A DNA stretch of 64,000 nt from Candidatus Culexmicrobium cathedralense (GTDB taxonomy: Archaea > Thermoproteota > Methanomethylicia > Culexarchaeales > Culexmicrobiaceae): the NCBI GenBank assembly GCA_025061115.1, contig JANZKC010000002.1, forward strand, positions 128,001 to 192,000. The letters are read 5' to 3'. Shown here piece after piece: positions 47,515 through 57,385 of the stretch. The notes under the pieces are model-generated. The model did no database searches. It was not told where the DNA came from and was given only the letters and a program-made list of their open reading frames with translations. The position numbers were made by a program, and so were the translations under genes. Position 1 is the first letter of the stretch; every line of letters starts with the position of its first letter.

Positions 47515-48192
47515 TTGCTTGAAAACTTAGAAGATTGGTTAATACAAATAGTCGTTGAACACGGCTACTTAGGTGCATTCCTAGTTTCATTGCTTGGAAA
47601 TCTCATACCATTCATACCCATTCCATACCTAGTCGCAATATTCTTCATGGCAGCGTACTTGCCAGTAAACCCAGTTCTACTTGGATTTGTAAGTGGAATT
47701 GGAGGAGCAGTTGGCAAGGCAATTATTTACATTTTTAGTTTCGGCAGTGGAAAGCTAATGGGGGAAGAGCATGAATATAGAATAGCAAGGTTAAGGCAGC
47801 TACTGGACAAGTACGGTTGGCTTGCCGTCTTCATATTAACGGTTACGCCCTCTCCGGATGACATAGTCATCATCCCACTTGGCCTCATAAGGTATAGCTT
47901 CTCAAAATTCATAGCTGCATGCGCGATTGGAAAAATAATTTTAAGCATATTCATAGCAGTTTTCGGAAGGACATTCATAAGCGCTGCGGAGATTTGGCTT
48001 GGAGGAAGCATTTACGGAGCAATTGCATCAATAATATTCCTCATCGTCATCACAGCAGCGCTCTTAAAAATTGACTGGATAATAGTCACGGACATAGTCG
48101 ACCAGGAGGGTTGGAGAGGGATTATTAGGAGATTGAGAAGTGGGCAGTGGAGAGACTTCCTGGTTAAAAAGAAAAGCGGGAACTCTAGGTAA
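47515..48192 (+). CDS. DedA/VTT (SNARE-associated) membrane protein
   Basis: GYLGAF, P.PY, G.GGAVG, TPSPDD.V.IPLG..RY..KF..A..IGK. Confidence 0.85.
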   Translation: MLENLEDWLIQIVVEHGYLGAFLVSLLGNLIPFIPIPYLVAIFFMAAYLPVNPVLLGFVSGIGGAVGKAIIYIFSFGSGKLMGEEHEYRIARLRQLLDKYGWLAVFILTVTPSPDDIVIIPLGLIRYSFSKFIAACAIGKIILSIFIAVFGRTFISAAEIWLGGSIYGAIASIIFLIVITAALLKIDWIIVTDIVDQEGWRGIIRRLRSGQWRDFLVKKKSGNSR

Positions 48193-49474
48193 TGAACTCT
48201 CCTAAACTTAGCTGAGATTCCTCCTCAAATAAAACAATCTTTCCATACACACCATCATAGCCAGGAATGACCTTCAAGCCACCTCTTCTCAACCTACCTA
48301 TAGCCTCAGCAAGCCGATTTGATGATATGGTGGCGATGTCCCTTAAAGGCGCTTCAATTAAAACGCAGTATTCCGAGCCGAAATGCGATATGAGATTAAG
48401 ATACTCCCTCCAAACAGAGCCGGAGTAAAGCCTCCTCACGTTGCGGGGGTTTACGCCCAATATTGAAGCTATTATTTCCTGAAGTGGAAGAAGCTTGATA
48501 AATGGAACTGCATTAGGAGGCTTGTATCCGTGGGGCCTATCAGCTAATTCCTCAACCCTATCCTCAACGCCCTTAGTAAGCTTTCTACCACAAACTGGAC
48601 ATCTATAACCTAGCTTAGCTGCTTCTTCAGGGGAGAGAGGCCCAACACCGCACTTTCTATGGCCAGAAAAGTGGTATTTACCATACTTTGGCTCCACCTC
48701 AATCGTCATTATGAAGCGCTTAGGATCCTTAGACTTTATTGCCGAAATTACTTCTCTGTAGCTCAAGCGCTTCAAATCGAAAACGCAAGCCTCCCTCCCC
48801 AATCTAAAAGGCCAAGGAGAATGCGCATCCGAAAAGCTCACCAAAGCATATTTATCCAAATTACTTACTCTCCAATTCATTGAGGGATCGCTGCTCAAGC
48901 CCGTTTCAATAGCATAAATGTTCTTTGTCTGATCTTCATAGCAGTCCTCCACCCTATCAACACCACTAAAAGCTCCAAAAATGCTCCACCAGGGAGTCCA
49001 TGCATGAGCTGGAAATACGAAATTGTCATCATCTAGTTCCATCACGAGCTCAACCAGCTCAGCCGGCTTCATATTAAAAGTAGGCCGGCCATCGGAAGCC
49101 ACATTACCATAAAATGAGAGCATGTCCGAAAGTTGCTCAGCAACCTCCAAGTTAGGCATTAAAATAACGTGATGAACACGTCTAACTTTACCTTCAAATT
49201 CAAATATCGTTCCCACCTCAGTTTGAGCTATAAAATAAACTTCACCTTCTCCTAAACCCCTAAGAGTATACAATCCATCAGCTGAAGACTCTTCTAAAGT
49301 CATTTTCAGCTCCCTAATCCAAGATGGATGAAGAGCATCTCCAGTTCCAACTAAATTTAACCCCTTGATCTTGGCGAACTGCGCAATTTCTGGAATAACC
49401 ATGTCTTTACTCGTTGCAGCACTATAATGCGAATGTATGTGAAGATCAGCATATACCCGCATGTAAGTCTCCAT
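48185..49474 (-). CDS. Endonuclease Q family (PHP domain) protein
   Basis: ADLHIHS.YS.ATS, GTGD, PAHAWTPW, ETGLSSD, SDAHS, GKYH.SGHRKC, CPVCG...GVEDRV, PGYDGVYG. Confidence 0.9.
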   Translation of the reverse strand: METYMRVYADLHIHSHYSAATSKDMVIPEIAQFAKIKGLNLVGTGDALHPSWIRELKMTLEESSADGLYTLRGLGEGEVYFIAQTEVGTIFEFEGKVRRVHHVILMPNLEVAEQLSDMLSFYGNVASDGRPTFNMKPAELVELVMELDDDNFVFPAHAWTPWWSIFGAFSGVDRVEDCYEDQTKNIYAIETGLSSDPSMNWRVSNLDKYALVSFSDAHSPWPFRLGREACVFDLKRLSYREVISAIKSKDPKRFIMTIEVEPKYGKYHFSGHRKCGVGPLSPEEAAKLGYRCPVCGRKLTKGVEDRVEELADRPHGYKPPNAVPFIKLLPLQEIIASILGVNPRNVRRLYSGSVWREYLNLISHFGSEYCVLIEAPLRDIATISSNRLAEAIGRLRRGGLKVIPGYDGVYGKIVLFEEESQLSLGEFIT

Positions 49475-49556
49475 GAAACCTACTTTAAAGAGGTATTTAA
49501 CGATAATTGCGCAAAACGCTAATCATAAATAATTAAAAAGTGGTGCGAATACAAAA

Positions 49557-49910
49557 CTACTTTTCAGGTTCTAGAGCCTCTTTCAATACTAGCTCGCTCT
49601 TATCGTATGTTGCCAGCTCATAGAACTTAGTCAATTTAATTGCATTTCTCGGACAAATTCTCTCGCAAACTGCACAGAATATACACCTATCTAAATAGAA
49701 TACTGGGCGCCTCTTCCCATCAGAGAAGGTTACCATCTCTATTGCCTTCGCAGGACAGTCTCTTGCACAAAGGCCGCATCCAACACATAATTTTGGATCA
49801 AAGTGATGCTTCCCCCTGTACCGCTCGGATGGCTCTAGCCGTTCAAACGGGTACTTAAGTGTCGCAGGCCTTTTCGGAAAATTCCTCCATATCTCCCTAA
49901 TCATGGCCAT
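49557..49910 (-). CDS. nuoI: NuoI-like 2x[4Fe-4S] subunit
   Basis: T.KYP...YRG, CVGCGLCARDCP, CIFCAVCERICP. Confidence 0.9.
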   Translation of the reverse strand: MAMIREIWRNFPKRPATLKYPFERLEPSERYRGKHHFDPKLCVGCGLCARDCPAKAIEMVTFSDGKRRPVFYLDRCIFCAVCERICPRNAIKLTKFYELATYDKSELVLKEALEPEK

Positions 49911-49911
49911 A

Positions 49912-50868
49912 CTAAACCACCACCAATAACAAGATCTTCGTCATTAAGAGCTGAAGCATGGAGAGAGGCAGCAAATACTTCCATGCACCTCTAACCATTT
50001 GATCGATTCTTAGCCTCGCAAATAGAGCCCTCAACATGGCGCTTACAATAACAATCGCAATCGACTTAATTAAGAACCAAACTATTGGCGGGAGAACTGG
50101 CCCACTGCCACCTCCGAGAAATATTGCAGTTGCCAATGCAGCACCAAGAACCAAACGTATGTCTGCCGACAACCTCAAGAAAGCTAATTTCTTCCCAGAA
50201 AATTCTGTAAGCCACCCAGCCACTATTTCGCTCTCAGCCTCAGGAATGTCAAAGGGAACCCTCTCAAGCTCAGCTTGAAGAGCTATTAAATACACTGCGA
50301 AACCTAGAGGCTGAAGTAATGCGAATGGCAGAAACTGGCGCTCAGCTATCACTGTAATGCTAAGTGAGCCAGCAGCCATGGCGGCTGAAGCAACCGAAAT
50401 GAACATTGGAATTTCAAATCCAAGAAGCTGTAGAGCAGCTCTTTCAGCACCAATAGTGCTGAACCTATTAGTCGAAGCTAAACCGGCAATAAAGGCTGTT
50501 ATGGTGAAGAAAGTTGTTAATGCAACTACCAAAACCAAGTCACCCTCAAATGGCGGCAGCACTGGGTAACCAGTTATTGGAATGTAAAGTGATGCGAGAG
50601 TGGGAATGGTCACTGCAAATAGGGGAACAGCATTGAACAGCAATTTATCAGCCCAAGTTGGAACAATGTCCTCCTTAGCCATTAGCTTCAAGAAGTCCGC
50701 AAGCGGCTGCAGAAAGCCTCGTGGACCAGCATACAGAGGGCCGATTCTGTTTTGAAAGCGCGCTACTGCCTTTCTATCAATCCACTCATAAACTAAACCA
50801 AGTAGAGTTATAAACGCCAAGCCAGGGAAGACTACGATCTTAAATATAGCTATGAGAGGCTCGATCAC
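49912..50868 (-). CDS. nuoH: NuoH-like membrane subunit
   Basis: DRK..AR.QNRIGP, QPLADFLKL..KE, R.PFDIPEAESEIVAG..TEFSG, RLRIDQ. Confidence 0.92.
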   Translation of the reverse strand: MIEPLIAIFKIVVFPGLAFITLLGLVYEWIDRKAVARFQNRIGPLYAGPRGFLQPLADFLKLMAKEDIVPTWADKLLFNAVPLFAVTIPTLASLYIPITGYPVLPPFEGDLVLVVALTTFFTITAFIAGLASTNRFSTIGAERAALQLLGFEIPMFISVASAAMAAGSLSITVIAERQFLPFALLQPLGFAVYLIALQAELERVPFDIPEAESEIVAGWLTEFSGKKLAFLRLSADIRLVLGAALATAIFLGGGSGPVLPPIVWFLIKSIAIVIVSAMLRALFARLRIDQMVRGAWKYLLPLSMLQLLMTKILLLVVV

Positions 50869-52058
50869 CGCCTCCTCCCTCCATTCTTCTCATTCCATTT
50901 TAAACTATACCTTTTAAGCTCATCATACGTCCACACCCACTTCTTTCCAGTGTTGATGTCAACGAAAAGTAGTCGCTCTGTGCAGCAGTAGCATGGGTCG
51001 ATGCTTGCAATGATGGCGGGAATATCAGCAATATAATAGCCCTTCAGCATTTCGCATAGCGCTGGAATGTTAGCTAAAGTTGGAGTTCTCGCCTTAAATC
51101 GATAGGGCTTCTCCTTGCCATCAGACTTGCAGTAATGCATTAATTCGCCCCTTGGCGCCTCGACCCTATTAACAGCTTCACCTGGAGGCGGGGCGCGTGG
51201 AAGTCTAAGCTTAATAGGTCCACTCGGCATCTTATCCAAGCATTGCCTCACAATTTCAATGGACTCAAGCGTCTCATCAGCCCTCACTAGGGCTCTCGCA
51301 TAAACGTCGCAGTAGGGGTATGTAATTAAGTTAAACGGAACTTCTCCATAGGAGCAATAGGGCTCATCGAATCGAACATCAGTTTTAAGGTCTGAAGCTC
51401 TAGCAACCGGCCCTACAGCGCATAGATCCCTCGCTCTAGACTTGTTCAGCACACCTACATTCTCAGTTCGAGCCCTAATAGTAGGCTCGTTCTCCAAAAC
51501 TTGCTTGTAAAACTTAGTTCTCTCCTCTAGGAAATCCATTGCCCGCCTTATGGTGCCTTCCATATGTGGAGGTATGTCGTAAGCAACTCCTCCAATTATT
51601 ATCGCTGAAGTCGTAACTCTATTTCCAGTGATCATCTCAACGACATCCATAACTCGCTCCCTATCTCTCCACACGTACATGAAGTATGACCAGAACCCTA
51701 GCTCCATACCTAAAATTCCAATCCAAAGTAGGTGGCTGTGAATCCTGTTAAGCTCATTTATTATAGTTCTAATATACTGTGCTCTAGGCGGAGCTTCAAC
51801 CCCATAAAGCTCCTCAACAGTTAGAGCATAGCAAGTTGTGTGAGGAGTATTGCATATTCCACATATCCTCTCTACTAGAAACGTACCTTGATTCCAGCTC
51901 CTAAGCTCCATACCCTTTTCGATGCCCCTATGAACATTTCCAAGGCGCGGCTTAACGTCAACAACGACCTCGCCGTCAAGCTCAAATGTGAAGTGAAAGG
52001 CTTCCTTAATTGCAGGGTGCTGAGGACCTATCGGAAGCTTATATGTTGGCAACTTCAC
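50865..52058 (-). CDS. Group 4 [NiFe]-hydrogenase large subunit (NuoD-like)
   Basis: GPQHP, HRGIEK, L1 motif ERICGIC, EAPRGE, L2 motif DPCYCCTER plus a C-terminal extension. Confidence 0.92.
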   Translation of the reverse strand: MKLPTYKLPIGPQHPAIKEAFHFTFELDGEVVVDVKPRLGNVHRGIEKGMELRSWNQGTFLVERICGICNTPHTTCYALTVEELYGVEAPPRAQYIRTIINELNRIHSHLLWIGILGMELGFWSYFMYVWRDRERVMDVVEMITGNRVTTSAIIIGGVAYDIPPHMEGTIRRAMDFLEERTKFYKQVLENEPTIRARTENVGVLNKSRARDLCAVGPVARASDLKTDVRFDEPYCSYGEVPFNLITYPYCDVYARALVRADETLESIEIVRQCLDKMPSGPIKLRLPRAPPPGEAVNRVEAPRGELMHYCKSDGKEKPYRFKARTPTLANIPALCEMLKGYYIADIPAIIASIDPCYCCTERLLFVDINTGKKWVWTYDELKRYSLKWNEKNGGRRR

Positions 52059-52525
52059 ACCTCCTTAACCTTCCAATCCTTTCTAAGCGGATACTCGCCT
52101 TCAGGCCAATCATCCGGCAGAAGAAGCCTCTCCAAATTCGGATGTCCCTCAAATTTTACGCCTAAAAGGTCGAAAACCTCCCTCTCGTACAATGTGGCGC
52201 CAGGAATTAAGTCAACTATTGATTCGATAACTGGATTGTCCTTCGGAACCCGAGTCCTAACATTTAAAAGCCAGCTCCTATTGTCCGGCGACAAGTGGTA
52301 AATTAGCTCTATATCCTCTCCAAGATCAACACCAGTTATCGTAACTATGTGCTTTACATCGAAGTTATCCCTGAGAAACTTGATAACATCCCTATGAGCC
52401 CCAGCCGGCACCTCGACATTAACCCTTCTCGCTCGGACTACTTCAACTTTCGTTATCTTATCTCCTAAGTGCCTCTTCAGCTCATCTATAATCATGCTTT
52501 CCCTCGAAGTCAACATCGAATTCAC
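52055..52525 (-). CDS. nuoC: NuoC-like subunit
   Basis: ITGVD, EREVFDLLGVKFEGHP, LLLPDDWPEG.YPLRKD. Confidence 0.9.
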   Translation of the reverse strand: MNSMLTSRESMIIDELKRHLGDKITKVEVVRARRVNVEVPAGAHRDVIKFLRDNFDVKHIVTITGVDLGEDIELIYHLSPDNRSWLLNVRTRVPKDNPVIESIVDLIPGATLYEREVFDLLGVKFEGHPNLERLLLPDDWPEGEYPLRKDWKVKEV

Positions 52526-52956
52526 CCCGACCCCTTCAACTTAGCAAGAAGCTTAGCAACTCCATGAATTACTGCCTCAGGCCTAACTGGACATCCAGGA
52601 ATGTAAACGTCGACTGGAATAACCTTATCTATGCCGCCTAAAACGTTGTAGCAGCCCCAATAAACGCCACCAGAACAAGCGCAAGTACCTGCAGCTATAA
52701 CAAACTTGGGATGTGGCATTTGCTCATAAATCCTCTTAAGCCTAGGAGCAATATGCCTTGAAACAGCTCCAGTAACCACCAGGACGTCAGCGTGCCTCGG
52801 GCTACCCTTAAGTAGAATGCCGAATCGCTCAACATCAAATCTTGGAGTTAATGCAGCTATAACCTCGATGTCGCAGGCATTGCAGGCTCCAGTGCACATG
52901 TAGAGGATCCAGGGGCTTTTAATTCGAGACCAGCGTATGATCCCCAAGCACATCAC
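52522..52956 (-). CDS. nuoB: Hydrogenase small subunit (NuoB-like)
   Basis: GACNACDIE (CxxC, hydrogenase type), SPRHAD, GTCACSGG, PVDVYIPGCP. Confidence 0.92.
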   Translation of the reverse strand: MMCLGIIRWSRIKSPWILYMCTGACNACDIEVIAALTPRFDVERFGILLKGSPRHADVLVVTGAVSRHIAPRLKRIYEQMPHPKFVIAAGTCACSGGVYWGCYNVLGGIDKVIPVDVYIPGCPVRPEAVIHGVAKLLAKLKGSG

Positions 52957-53273
52957 CTCTTAGGAACTACGAATAGGGCTGCCAATAGCGTCGCAAGGTA
53001 TAGAACGAATGGAATTAGCGGCGCATTCGCTGCAATTGCTAGGATAAATGCAGCTACATCGAAAATCACAAAGTACAAGGCAAATCGATACAGCTGAATA
53101 CTAAGTTGAATATATTCGGCGGGGAAGTCCTCGCCACAAGCATACGGCGCCAACTCGCCAGGAGTATGCTCATGCTTTGGCGCCATCAAGTTGCCTGACA
53201 AGTACATTACTAGGTAAATCACCAAAATTATAATGAAAGCTATCGGAGCAGCTAGTATAAGGTTCTCCCACAA
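52953..53273 (-). CDS. nuoA: NuoA-like membrane subunit
   Basis: PYACGE, Y.FALYFVIFDV. Confidence 0.82.
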   Translation of the reverse strand: MWENLILAAPIAFIIILVIYLVMYLSGNLMAPKHEHTPGELAPYACGEDFPAEYIQLSIQLYRFALYFVIFDVAAFILAIAANAPLIPFVLYLATLLAALFVVPKR

Positions 53274-53386
53274 GGCCCCTTCACCACTCTTGCGAAAAAC
53301 GATTTAGTTAAAGAGTAACTTATAAGTTTTGGGATAAAATACCATTACAAAGTTCGTTCAGGCAACATGTTAGTGAGAGGGATACT

Positions 53387-54829
53387 ATGAGCAGCCCCTC
53401 TAGAGAAAGGTGGAGCTCCAACTTCAGTGAATGGTATAGGGAAGTCCTAGACGGCGCCGAACTCTACGACTACAGGTACCCCCTAAAAGGCTGCGGAGTT
53501 TGGAGGCCCTACGGCTTCAAGCTTAGACGCAATGTCTTGAAAATCCTACGGAGCCTACTAGATTCAACTGGACATGAAGAAATTCTACTTCCACTACTCA
53601 TTCCAGAAACACTTCTAGCTAAGGAAGCTGCGCACGTGCGCGGATTTGAAGGTCAAGTGTACTGGGTTACGAGAGGAGGATTCGACGAGCTCGATGTCAA
53701 ACTAGCCTTGAGGCCAACTAGCGAAACAGCTCTAGCTCCCATGCTCAAACTATGGGTTAAAGCGCACACGGACCTACCGCTAAAAATCTACCAAGTAGTA
53801 AGCGTCTTTAGATACGAAACAAAAGCAACACGCCCACTCATTAGAGTTAGAGAGATAACGACGTTTAAGGAGGCGCATACGGCGCACGCATCACTTGAAG
53901 ACGCTGAAAGACAAGTAAAAGAGGCGGTTGAAATTTATAGTAAGTTCTTCGATCAGCTTGGAGTACCCTACGCAATAAGCGTGAGGCCCGAATGGGACAA
54001 GTTCGCTGGAGCAATATATACCATAGCATTCGACACGATCATGCCGGATGGGAGAGTAATGCAAATTGGAACAGTACATAACTTAGGCCAAAACTTTTCC
54101 AAGGCATTTGAAATAGAATTCCTCAAGCCAGACGGCACCCACGATTACGTGTGGCAGACATGCTATGGAATTTCAGAGAGGGTAATTGCAGCACTCATAT
54201 CAGTTCATGGAGATGATAGGGGGCTAATACTGCCTCCAAATGTAGCTCCAATCCAGATAGTGATCATACCAATACCATACAAGGGAGTTGAAGAGGTTGT
54301 CGACAAAATGTGCAGAAAAGTCTACAGCATGCTGAGCAAAGCGGGATTCAGAGTAAAGTATGATGATAGAGAGGGAATAACTCCAGGAAGCAAATTCTAT
54401 GACTGGGAGCTCAGAGGTGTCCCCCTACGAGTTGAAATTGGGCCAAAAGACGTTGAAGAAGAAACAATTACGATTTCAAGAAGAGACACGCTGGAAAGAA
54501 CCAAGTGCAAAGTCGACGATGCAGTGAGGATCCTAAACCAGCTCATGAAGGACATTCAAGATAAGCTTAAGAAGAGAGCTTGGAATTGGTTTAAAAGCAA
54601 GATCTCCAGAGCCAGTAGCTTAGAAGAAGTAAAAGCCATGCTTGGAGATAGAAAGGGAATAATTGAAATCACTTGGTGCGGTAAAGAAGAGTGCGGATTA
54701 AAGGCAGGCGAAGAAGCAGACGCAAGAGTTTTAGGGGAAGCAATAGATCTAAGCGAGAAAGTAAGCGGCAAATGCGTAGTATGCGGAGAGAAAGCAACTA
54801 AAATACTAAGACTAGCGAAAGCATATTAA
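53387..54829 (+). CDS. proS: Proline--tRNA ligase (archaeal/eukaryotic type)
   Basis: LRPTSET, FRYETK.TRPLIR.RE, QTCYG.SER, HGDD.GL, C-terminal Zn site and AY end. Confidence 0.96.
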   Translation: MSSPSRERWSSNFSEWYREVLDGAELYDYRYPLKGCGVWRPYGFKLRRNVLKILRSLLDSTGHEEILLPLLIPETLLAKEAAHVRGFEGQVYWVTRGGFDELDVKLALRPTSETALAPMLKLWVKAHTDLPLKIYQVVSVFRYETKATRPLIRVREITTFKEAHTAHASLEDAERQVKEAVEIYSKFFDQLGVPYAISVRPEWDKFAGAIYTIAFDTIMPDGRVMQIGTVHNLGQNFSKAFEIEFLKPDGTHDYVWQTCYGISERVIAALISVHGDDRGLILPPNVAPIQIVIIPIPYKGVEEVVDKMCRKVYSMLSKAGFRVKYDDREGITPGSKFYDWELRGVPLRVEIGPKDVEEETITISRRDTLERTKCKVDDAVRILNQLMKDIQDKLKKRAWNWFKSKISRASSLEEVKAMLGDRKGIIEITWCGKEECGLKAGEEADARVLGEAIDLSEKVSGKCVVCGEKATKILRLAKAY

Positions 54830-55758
54830 GCCAAGCTTACTCGCTCAGCCCTATCTAACAAGTAGGACGCCCTCTCCTCAACCTCACCTCTAAAACCTAG
54901 GTTTGATGAACCAATCGACTCAACTACGAAAGAGGCAGAAGCCCCGCCAAAAGCCAAGGACCTCAAAACATCCTCGGACTCCAAATAGCTAGCCAAGAAA
55001 GCCCCGATAAATGCATCTCCACAGCCAGTTGGATCAACAGTTTTAACTGGAAAAGATGGAATACGCCAAATACCATCTGAAAATGCTGCAATAGCTCCAT
55101 CACCCCCAAGAGTGATGACAACAATTTCAACTCCAACCTTCCTCAGGATGCGTATAGCCTCAAGCAAGTCTACGGAATTCAATGCGGAGAGAAGCTCTCT
55201 ATGAGAAGCCTTAATTATATGAAAATCCTCAAGCAGGTTAAGGTCATATGGCCAAAAGCTAAGCTCAACCGATCCATCCCGACTAAATGTTCTAATGAAA
55301 CCCTGCAAATCTATTGCACGAATGCAGTCCACATCTAAAAGCTTAAGCAAAGTTGACTTGGGAACCTCCCCACAAATTGGAGCCACTAAAATGGATTTAC
55401 AACGAAAACCATCAGGGATATCCTTCACATATATTGGCTCGCACTTAGAAATCAGGCGCATCCTCCTACTCCAGTCACTTAAATACTCAATCTCAAACTT
55501 CGTCGTCGGAGATCCACACCTCCTAATGTGATCAGTTGCTATTGAAGCCCTAGAAAATCGAAGCAAAAATTCATCTCTAAAGTCAAAGCCTACCTTCGAA
55601 ATAACGGAAACACTCACGCCAAGCAACTTCGCTGAAAATCCAGCGTAGGTTGGCGGTCCACCCAAGCAAGTCTCACAGCGCCCACTTGGAACAGAAATTC
55701 TGTCAATTGATATGTGCCCTATTACAGTTAAGTCACAATTCTTGCCCATTGAATTCAC
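54826..55758 (-). CDS. PfkB-family carbohydrate kinase
   Basis: GG...[22 protein letters not shown]. Confidence 0.9.
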   Translation of the reverse strand: MNSMGKNCDLTVIGHISIDRISVPSGRCETCLGGPPTYAGFSAKLLGVSVSVISKVGFDFRDEFLLRFSRASIATDHIRRCGSPTTKFEIEYLSDWSRRMRLISKCEPIYVKDIPDGFRCKSILVAPICGEVPKSTLLKLLDVDCIRAIDLQGFIRTFSRDGSVELSFWPYDLNLLEDFHIIKASHRELLSALNSVDLLEAIRILRKVGVEIVVITLGGDGAIAAFSDGIWRIPSFPVKTVDPTGCGDAFIGAFLASYLESEDVLRSLAFGGASASFVVESIGSSNLGFRGEVEERASYLLDRAERVSLA

Positions 55759-55829
55759 CCTCGCTCAATAAGCAGGAATAGCAACACTAATATTTATGAT
55801 TGAACTGCTATGAAAAAGGAGGCTGAAAA

Positions 55830-56117
55830 TTGCCGAAGAAGAGAAAGTCGAGGGGAAGAGCAAAGGGAAGTAAAGGTAAAGAGGATAAGGTTCAATGCGA
55901 TGCGTGCGGAGCATGGGTACCAAGAAGTAAAGCAAAGAGAATAACTAGGTGGGTATCCCCAGTAGATCCCCAGCTAGCAAAAGAACTGGAGAAAAAGGGC
56001 GCAATCATCCAAAAATATCCAGTGACAAAGTATTATTGCGTCTCATGCGCAATATTCAGAGGAATAGTCAAAATTAGATCTAGAGAGGAAAGGAAGAAGA
56101 GGCAGCCTTTAAGGTGA
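55830..56117 (+). CDS. rps26e: 30S ribosomal protein S26e
   Basis: MPKKRKSRGR..G.KG, CDACG..VPR.KA, YCVSCAI.RGIVKIRS. Confidence 0.95.
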   Translation: MPKKRKSRGRAKGSKGKEDKVQCDACGAWVPRSKAKRITRWVSPVDPQLAKELEKKGAIIQKYPVTKYYCVSCAIFRGIVKIRSREERKKRQPLR

Positions 56118-56714
56118 AAAATTAACCATTCTATCCAATTCCTCATGAAGAATAGTTATACAATGACTTGCAAGATAACTTAGAGGACCTAAACTCACTC
56201 TACCAGCTCCAATTGAATCGAGAAATCTCTCCGACCCAGCATCCAAGCCTAAATGGTCACCTAAAATGAAGGCATGCGAACTTTTAAAATCAAATTTAAG
56301 CCTTTCAATAGGAATTCCCCTCTCATGAAGGTAAAGTAACTTAACGCCGCTACTCACTAAATTTAGAATCAACCTTCTGAAATCACCCTTATCAATCCTA
56401 AAAGCAGGATTATTGGGATGCAGCCCCTCACCCATTGCCAATAAATCCCTAATAATCGAAGCAACTTCAACCTCACTTTCAGGAAGACCCCTCAAAAGGG
56501 AGCCATGAACACTCAAAACCTTGCCCGGAGAGGGAGGACCTTCAAGAACAGCATAAAAATCCACATAATTCCTAATCAAACCATCAACTCTAAAAGCACT
56601 TAAAATACACCTGCAAACAACATCTAATCTACCGCTCGTTCCAGCCACATTTCTCAAGAGAAAGTTGGGCGAAGTAATGGCTGTAGATGCCTTCAATACG
56701 AAGATGCGCTTCAA
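56109..56714 (-). CDS. trmY: tRNA (pseudouridine54-N1)-methyltransferase (SPOUT)
   Basis: SGRLDVVCRC, L.GPP, YLHE.G, FILGDH.G, SLGP..YLASHCI. Probable TTG start overlapping the pgsA stop. Confidence 0.88.
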   Translation of the reverse strand: MKRIFVLKASTAITSPNFLLRNVAGTSGRLDVVCRCILSAFRVDGLIRNYVDFYAVLEGPPSPGKVLSVHGSLLRGLPESEVEVASIIRDLLAMGEGLHPNNPAFRIDKGDFRRLILNLVSSGVKLLYLHERGIPIERLKFDFKSSHAFILGDHLGLDAGSERFLDSIGAGRVSLGPLSYLASHCITILHEELDRMVNFSP

Positions 56715-57295
56715 AGTCGATCTCCCCTCAAGCAAGTCCAAGCTTTAAAAGCTCGAATTCCAACGGTAATATGAGCCAAAATTGCTATTAGAATTACAGC
56801 CCAATTTACAGCGTTGAAAAGCAGTCCAAGAGTTATAATAATGAGCCTTTCAGCCCTCTCAGCAAGCCCAATGCCCGCCATTTTAACTCCCAAAGATTCA
56901 CCTCTAGCCCGAGCATAGCTCACAAGTAGCGACCCAGTAATAGCAGCTAACCCCCAAACAAGCTGACACAAAGATGCATATATAACCGAAGATAAAACCA
57001 CCACATCAGAATACCTGTCAAGCAAAGAGTCTAGAAAGCCGCCGAACCTAGTTACTCTCCCAGTCACCCTGGCGATCGCACCATCTAAAACGTCCATAAA
57101 GCCAGATATGAAAACAAATACAGCAGCAAATGCAAGTCTCCCCCTAACAACCAGAAAGGCAGACAACAAAGCAGCTAAAAAGCCAAGAGCTGAAGTAGCA
57201 TTCGGCGTCAATCCAACCCTAGCTGCCGCCAACGCTACTGGCTCAATAAATCGCCTAACTAAGCGCCTCAATTTCTCCAGCAAGCCAGCCACCAA
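56711..57295 (-). CDS. pgsA: CDP-alcohol phosphatidyltransferase (archaetidylinositol phosphate synthase-like)
   Basis: TPN, D.LDG..AR...T..GGFLDS..DR..D, SY.RAR.E, G..ERAER. Confidence 0.9.
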   Translation of the reverse strand: MVAGLLEKLRRLVRRFIEPVALAAARVGLTPNATSALGFLAALLSAFLVVRGRLAFAAVFVFISGFMDVLDGAIARVTGRVTRFGGFLDSLLDRYSDVVVLSSVIYASLCQLVWGLAAITGSLLVSYARARGESLGVKMAGIGLAERAERLIIITLGLLFNAVNWAVILIAILAHITVGIRAFKAWTCLRGDRL

Positions 57296-57385
57296 CTTAA
57301 AATATCCATTTAAGCTATAAACAATGTTATTGTAGCTAGGTTAATTAGCGTCCAAACGCTAAAGTCAATCCAAGGAGGAGCCCAC

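Noticed and set aside
50865-52058. Annotation as NADH:quinone oxidoreductase NuoD or Fpo
   Set aside because: All four Ni-ligating cysteines and a maturation tail are present, and no NADH or F420H2 input module is adjacent.
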